Source of the DNA: Lingula anatina
Lineage: Eukaryota; Animalia; Brachiopoda
Assembly (NCBI GenBank): GCA_051362555.1
Contig: CM120642.1
Location: 20,150,001-20,214,000 of the forward strand
Direction of reading: 5' to 3'
Length of the DNA: 64,000 bases
Shown here: positions 61,801 through 64,000 of the stretch, piece after piece
Numbering within the stretch: the stretch's first letter is position 1
How the letters are laid out: each line of letters starts with the position of its first letter
The notes under the pieces: generated by a model
Seen by the model: the letters and a program-made list of their open reading frames with translations, nothing else
Databases searched by the model: none
What the model was told of the DNA's origin: nothing
Position numbers and translations under genes: made by a program

Positions 61801-62409
61801 TGGAGAGGAGCCAAAGGTCAGTCTTAAACTGACCAAATTTTGATTTTTTTTCTTTGTTTATTTTTATGTAGTTATTAATTCACTTTTGTATTTTTTTTAG
61901 AGTTTTAAAAAATTAAGAGTCTTTCATGAAGTCCATGTTCATTTATCATAAAAGAGTAGTCATGCATGAAAACTCACTTCCTAGATAGATCAACAAAATT
62001 CAGTGTGGGATATTTTTGCTTGCATAGTAATATTACATGTAATAGATGTACAACTGATGTGTGCTTTTAAAATTTTTAGCACAAGTAGTGTATTTAGGAA
62101 TTTCTTTCCACCAGAGGAACTGGTAATTTGTCAAGCTGAATAGCTACTAGGTGTGTAGACATTATAAGCTTCTCAACACGTAAAGTTCTGAAGTAAAATA
62201 ATTTAAACTTTTGTCCCAGCACCAATTTCTGTCACCCAGGGGCAGTAATCTCTTTTCCTCGCCCTCAAATTCACTAATCTAATTTTAATAACCATTTTTC
62301 ATATTTCCAGTATGACTGGCCTGATCTGGAGGCAGACTCGGGGATCAGAGAGACCAGGATGTTGTATCAGTTCACGTATTTGCCAACTGGATTGTTCAAC
62401 AGGGCACAG
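7509..62409 (+). CDS. Giant multidomain Roco-family protein (LRR, pseudo-ROC with SPRY-SPRY insert, COR-like, Cys-rich, SPRY-like, LRR with EF-hand, ROC, COR); 3' end outside the window
   Basis: 53 phase-consistent coding exons: 7509-7582, 7953-8079, 8359-8596, 9183-9265, 9698-9796, 10006-10107, 11160-11262, 24993-25183, 25489-25611, 26077-26174, 26593-26790, 27355-27520, 27938-28024, 35167-35228, 35668-35862, 36465-36624, 36818-36943, 37265-37488, 42328-42448, 43050-43244, 43877-44095, 44355-44486, 45048-45246, 45582-45743, 46286-46466, 46783-46960, 47477-47661, 48042-48212, 48548-48599, 49242-49403, 49725-49840, 50767-50970, 51283-51424, 51954-52070, 52468-52555, 52895-53095, 53446-53571, 53877-53992, 54415-54462, 54865-55451, 55764-55945, 56584-56690, 56895-57021, 57296-57487, 57670-57850, 58400-58571, 59065-59211, 59517-59606, 60182-60288, 60550-60637, 61168-61314, 61652-61816, 62311-62409. 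Total 7962 nt with no stop codon. Two joins need GC donors. The Roco identity is firm. That all exons form one transcript is inferred from frame continuity. Confidence 0.85.
8628..8672. repeat. (GA)n microsatellite
   Basis: Read directly. Similar tracts: 36636-36681 (CT)n, 37144-37170 and 52767-52818 (GA)n, 17372-17421 and 41340-41403 (TA)n. Confidence 0.95.
9698..11262 (+). other. Cysteine-containing (FBXL-type) LRRs of the N-terminal module
   Basis: Three exons give VESILFVNDACLTDVFF, LKRVAIMNCPRITDNGLYWLA and VTIADCPKVTELGLSYI, matching LxxLxLxxCxxITDxGL. Confidence 0.75.
10141..10716. mobile_element. PIF/Harbinger-type MITE with a duplicated left arm
   Basis: TIR GCCCCTATTTCACACAGACCACGAATCCCACGAAT with its complement at 10680-10716; TTA on both flanks; left ~170 bp repeated from 10311. 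Confidence 0.8.
14175..18256 (+). mobile_element. HINE/DINE-like copy 3, full length ~4.1 kb
   Basis: 5' palindrome and subterminal IR TGTACAGACA, microsatellite, four 161-bp units (14261, 14422, 14583, 14744), 337-bp units (15284, 15621, 15958, 16295), 3' subterminal IR TGTCTGTACA and short hairpin CAGC-TTT-GCTG. Inserted in a T run with no TSD. Confidence 0.85.
17466..17699 (+). mobile_element. Short second-family HINE nested in the large element (also 41448-41681, and 5'-truncated at ~24105-24323)
   Basis: TTACCTC..GCC(T/A)AGGAGGTTATATTTTCACC...GCCTTGGCAGAGGTCTGCACTCTC..TTTTCTAGTT layout with subterminal IR and CTAG end. Absent from the equivalent site in copy 2 (~19210). Confidence 0.7.
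21061..24881 (+). mobile_element. HINE/DINE-like copy 4, full length ~3.8 kb
   Basis: Same head and tail; three 161-bp units; 337-bp units at 22027, 22364, 22700, 23037; short internal deletion near 24105. Confidence 0.85.
26077..28024 (+). other. SPRY domain 1 (SPRYD3/RanBP9-like)
   Basis: NYFEIEVVDTGRSGTITMGCV...QPGWERNSVAYHLDDGSLF...GDIVAC...IQFLKNG...PYPAVGMHSRGE. Confidence 0.9.
28174..28669 (-). repeat. 3' LTR of the BEL/Pao element
   Basis: Direct repeat of 34583-35078; ends TGTAAGG...GTGCTATA on the element strand. Confidence 0.96.
28792..34539 (-). CDS. BEL/Pao Gag-Pol polyprotein (~1915 aa from the first ATG)
   Basis: Gag (YFNGDPVSYPTF), triple Zn knuckle (CVFCSGNHTIKQC, CFNCLQSNPPHTARTC, CQVPGCGKRHHALLH), protease (AFLDNGS), RT (FYVDD), RNase H (HHFSDAS, FWTDS), integrase (HIKEGH..CMVC, GVDYF, SDNGT, WERLI). 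Order PR-RT-RH-IN is typical of BEL/Pao. Confidence 0.96.
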   Translation of the reverse strand: MAYHGSLQDFGLSHRRFRTNSLRSASESQRTKAALAIANAQLELEEAETALRRRYREQELKDEMRMLSLRAQVRRREIEAEIQEDASLSEHNFTIDRYFNSMEEGNVDTIDAHNLTNSDHVSHQHIGAQQQQQSEQQRSRMNAHHPHSTQQLQQLGVSYETEPTQPKPMSRTNQPQQFPTAAQSSQPSQLPQPYIVPSHTDPTMTLNPHATEYTPMTAQSIGTSTIEQQRQLTMNDQVAHLLQQQQRTLQEITLNQEMPKREYLYFNGDPVSYPTFIRNFETNIEQRVPEFRSKLSYLIQYCTGEAKEAIKSCVILEPEEGYFQARNILQTHFGQKHIIIKAMLEKIVTGPPIKASDITRLSKLSRDMTTCQMTASKMGYYEDLNSMDTLEKVVRRLPQYLQAGWAKRSGKLLNQWIEVKFKDLSDYLEEMVQIANTRFGQLVGSKPDVKPKSKVSCHNPSYKTTTLATNVHPAEKSNSNKSQPSSVQKDPCVFCSGNHTIKQCFKFARMNYSDRRNFVSENKLCFNCLQSNPPHTARTCQWKQLCQVPGCGKRHHALLHPPCVPANSPALQREPGANATSVVTDPVVAVQSAAVATGRRISLQIVPVTVSGGNGGPIIETYAFLDNGSDHSLCLHSLAEKLGVRGKSIQYSVSTVNDESCVNQGQEVQLEVKAINSQQGLILDQVWTTDRLPICEKNIPNNEDILEWSHLKDVQLPELDDKTVTILIGNDHPEAHWRIEERRGDKKQPYAIRTILGWTILGPMKRPNDGDVTVNFIHADQVLGCDNSLRGCDSISAQLSKMYNNEFSESSVSSNQCMSFEDRKAKRIMDESVVFVDGHYQVSLPWKSDELLPNNKPAAEKRLNLLKRRLQRDEKLREKYTQALQEYIDKGHAQKIDHRNLHNNSNSVWYLPHHPVINSKKSKIRVVFDCAAKYAGVSLNDSLLQGPDLTNSLIGVLLRFRQEKIAIVADIEQMYHQVRVHPDDRDALRFLWWPAGDLSKQPEEYQMLVHVFGATSSASCTVYALLKNAEDHGKDFDFQTVETVYRNFYVDDCLKSVETVDEAKMMITQLTSLLQKGGFHLTKWISNQEEVLSSVPTAEQAPSVRNVNFNKQPIEHALGVQWNIEKDTFGYCVRERDIKNTRRGILSFIASIYDPLGFAAPLILKPKQILQELCREGIAWDSDLPAEHLNAWTQWREGLDNLQTIEVPRCYKSAQLADIQSIELHHFSDASLSGYGIVSYLRFVDINQQVSCTIVMGKSRVAPLKTVTVPRMELTAATLSAKVHKQMMEELQLPIHRVVFWTDSTIVLQYIRNSATRFHVFVANRLQMIHDVSSPSQWYHVDSDQNPADYASRGIQLRSDNGDDIHRWLHGPAFLYQPEIHWPKQPDNLHEIPENDREVKRKSAQIHVTTSSEVSDGVERLLHHFSSWYTLQKSVAWILRFKRYLLSRVRQLTVDRNNEPLTVQEIALATDAIVMYIQAKSFPKECNVVSSAMTKKPDSKGYVSPLRKLSPIKIEGILCVGGRLQNAAISTSQKHPKILPHDHHVTEIIVRHYHIKEGHVGAYHVLSVIRQEFWITRGLSTVKKVIRKCMVCRRWNAVPSSQVMAPLPRSRVTPGKPPFHSVGVDYFGPLLVKCGRRTNKRYGCIFTCMATRAVHLEMSYNLSSDSFIQAVLRFISRRGPPCEIFSDNGTNFRGAEADLKRILQQWNQEKISDSLLRRNIQWYFNPPNASHAGGVWERLIRSVRKIMRSILGNRLVDDETLLTVLTEVEKIMNDRPLIRKADHYYELETLSPNQLLLLRSNPCLPADNFTERDQYNEQWKHAQLIADQFWQRWIKEYLPVLQERQKWLRPAKNFEKGDFVLLIDENAFRGQWPKGLIEETFPDKYGHVRQVIVKTAKGRFRRDVRKLCLLEGNFV
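34583..35078 (-). repeat. 5' LTR of the BEL/Pao element
   Basis: Direct repeat of 28174-28669. Confidence 0.96.
35167..36943 (+). other. SPRY domain 2 (SPRYD3/RanBP9-like)
   Basis: DYFEFEILN...AITIGAV...QPGWRRNSIGLHADDRKCF...GDKMGCGL...IYFTWSG...LFPFI. Confidence 0.9.
37946..42238 (+). mobile_element. HINE/DINE-like copy 5, full length ~4.3 kb
   Basis: Same head and tail with unique flanks on both sides; three 161-bp units; 337-bp units at 38905, 39243, 39580, 39918, 40255. Confidence 0.88.
43050..45743 (+). other. Divergent COR-like domain (first copy)
   Basis: KVLKDLHSQGIILYL...PIVILNIEVFAAVMNKAL...FQILYKMINDLGIL...YLFFNC...TYTYPAGFHRDLLPAIF...VWAQGFL aligns by eye with the downstream COR (EAIQFLTYLGSVQYF...YVVINPQWIADVMACV...WLLMLTQEFDL...NLVPCLL...LYQFTYLPTGLFNR). 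Confidence 0.7.
44843..44963. repeat. (AAT)n followed by (ATT)n microsatellite
   Basis: Read directly; the two halves are complementary. Confidence 0.95.
46724..46779. repeat. (TAT)n microsatellite abutting a splice acceptor
   Basis: Read directly; ends at ...TATTCAG| 46782. Confidence 0.95.
47108..47321. mobile_element. PIF/Harbinger-type MITE
   Basis: Imperfect TIR GACCCCATTCCCAGAGATT / AATCTATGGGAATGCGCCC; TAA on both flanks. Confidence 0.65.
49992..50086. mobile_element. 95-bp palindromic MITE
   Basis: GGTCCGGTTTCATCAAGGCTGGATAGCGCTGTCCAG pairs with CTGGATAGCACTATGCAGCCTTGATGAAACCAGGCC; CTG on both flanks. Confidence 0.7.
50420..50585. mobile_element. Free copy of a CAGGGG..GAT/ATCCGCCCCTG MITE that is also embedded in the large HINE
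   Basis: Similar to 19448-19616 (flanked there by a TTATTG duplication) and to the matching segments of copies 3-5; here flanked by an ATAGT duplication. Confidence 0.65.
55300..57760 (+). other. LRR array preceding the ROC domain, with an EF-hand insert
   Basis: LTVVDVSESLVETLP, LVSLSLDELLLDSLPRSFGQLKTLQYLSI, LRELRLANQGINSVPQTIAKLKRLRVLELSNNPLL, and the Roco-typical LKSPPNDIVGRGGGAVISFLK cap. Confidence 0.9.
57800..60230 (+). other. Canonical ROC GTPase domain
   Basis: G1 KLMFVGLGGAGKTS (split by the 57851-58399 intron), G2 VTDGIDI, G3 WDFAGQKVYYNTHQFFLS, G4 VIGTRAD, G5 ISSLTGQGI. Confidence 0.95.
57897..58079. mobile_element. Degenerate palindromic MITE-like element
   Basis: Arms of ~75 bp are imperfect reverse complements (for example GCCTACTAAAGCTGCT / AGCAGCTAAAGTAGGC); no clear TSD. 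Confidence 0.55.
60231..62409 (+). other. Canonical COR domain (partial, continues beyond window)
   Basis: MGEQIPTVWLKLE, AIQFLTYLGSVQYF, VVINPQWIADVM, LVPCLLP, YQFTYLPTGLFNR. Confidence 0.92.
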
Positions 62410-62584
62410 GTACAAACATCTGTTTTACAAAATGACTGGAGTTTTGTGCTTTGTGAAGACAGCTTAGTTTTCATAAGTTAGTTTATAAAATTAGTTTTGT
62501 CTTATCAGCCTCAAACAATTTTATAAATGGATACTATTTTTGTTTACAGTTTTTCTTGAATCATTATAATAAAGTTTTCATATT

Positions 62585-64000
62585 GTTTTCTAAAAGGTCA
62601 TTCAAAACCATTTTTTAAAATGCTTTTAAAATGTTTTCTGTGTTTTCTCAACATATTATCATGTTTTGAAAACATTTTTCTTGAAACATAATAATTTTTA
62701 AAAAAATGTTTGCGAATGTTTTAGAGAAACATTTTTAAAAAGTTATCAAATAACATTTCAGAAAATCATTTTTAAAATGTTTGTAAATAACGTTTTAGAA
62801 AAACATTTTTAAAATGTTTTGAAATAATGTTTTAGAAAAACATTTTTAAAATGTTTTTAAATAACATTTTAGAAAAAACATTTTTAAAATGTTTTTTAAA
62901 TAACATTTTAGAAAAACATTTTTAAATGTTTTCATATAACATTGTAGAAAAACATTTTAAAAAGTTATAGAAATATTTTTGAAGTAACGATTTAGAGAAA
63001 CATTTAAAAAATGTGTTTGAATAACGTTTTAGAAAAACATTTTTAAATGTTTTCGATAATGTTTAAGAAAAACATTTTCAAAATGTTTTCAAATAACATT
63101 TTACAAAAATATTTTAAAGATGTTTTCAAATAACATTTTAGAAAAACATTTAAAAAAAATTTTAATAAAGTTTTAGAAAAACATTTTTAAAATGTTTTTA
63201 AATAATGTTTTAAAAAAACATTTTAAAAATGTTTTTAAATAACATTTAAGAAAAACATTTTTAAAATGTTTTTTAAATAACATTTTAGAAAAACATTTTT
63301 AAATGTTTTCGAATAACGTTTTAGAAACACATTTAAAATATGTTTTTAAATAATGTTTTAGAAAAACATTTTAAAAATGTTTTTAAATAACATTTTAGAA
63401 AAAACATTTTAAAAATGTTTTTTAAATAACATTTTAGAAAAACATTTTTAAATGTTTTCATATAACATTGTAGAAAAACATTTTAAAAAGTTATAGAAAT
63501 ATTTTTGAAGTAACGATTTAGAGAAACATTTAAAAAATGTGTTCGAATAACGTTTTAGAAAAACATTTTTAAATGTTTTCGAATAATGTTTTAGAAAAAC
63601 ATTTTCAAAATGTTTTCAAATAACATTTTACAAAAATATTTTAAAGATGTTTTCAAATAACATTTTAGAAAAACATTAAAAAAAATTTTTAATAAAGTTT
63701 TAGAAAAACATTTTAAAAATGTTTTTAAATAATGTTTTAGAAAAACATTTTAAAAATGTTTTTAAATAACATTTTAGAAAAACATTTTTAAAATGTTTTT
63801 TAAATAACATTTTAGAAAAACATTTTTAAATGTTTTCGAATAACGTTTTAGAAAAACATTTTAAAAATGTTTTTAAATAACGTTTTAGAAAAACATTTTA
63901 AAAATGTTTTTAAATAACATTTTAGAAAAACATCTTTAAAATGTTTTCATATAACATTGTAGAAAAACATTTTAAAAAGTTATCGAAATATTTTAGAAAA
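62585..64000. repeat. 37-bp AT-rich satellite array, runs off the window
   Basis: Monomer close to AAATAACATTTTAGAAAAACATTTTTAAAATGTTTTT (TAGAA at 62796, 62833, 62870); variant blocks recur at 62941, 63467 and 63956. Confidence 0.9.

Noticed and set aside
57670-62409. Naming the gene LRRK1, LRRK2 or MFHAS1
   Set aside because: No kinase, ANK, ARM or WD40 region is visible in the window and the N-terminal architecture differs; orthology cannot be assigned.

Overview
AT-rich, intron-rich eukaryotic DNA from an invertebrate animal; a lophotrochozoan is plausible but cannot be proven from the sequence. Two genes lie head-to-head. (1) SPOUT1/C9orf114, a SPOUT methyltransferase: minus strand, 11 coding exons, 441-6379, about 364 aa. 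(2) A very large plus-strand gene. I joined 53 phase-consistent coding exons by hand from 7509 to 62409 (7962 nt, about 2654 aa, continuing past the window end). It ends in a canonical LRR-ROC-COR (Roco) module. Its N-terminal half appears to hold a second, degenerate LRR-ROC-COR module whose pseudo-GTPase domain is split by two SPRYD3-like SPRY domains. Between the modules lie a MYCBP2/Highwire-type Cys-rich motif and degenerate SPRY-like repeats, and an EF-hand loop is inserted in the second LRR array. This tandem dead-Roco/live-Roco architecture is the most interesting thing here. The introns carry an intact BEL/Pao LTR retrotransposon (identical 496-bp LTRs, CCTTC TSD, non-canonical TG..TA ends), five copies of a ~4-kb Helentron-associated (HINE/DINE-like) element with 161-bp and 337-bp internal arrays (several nested inside each other), several MITEs, microsatellites and a 37-bp satellite. 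All exon joins and domain calls were made by eye, with no database searches.
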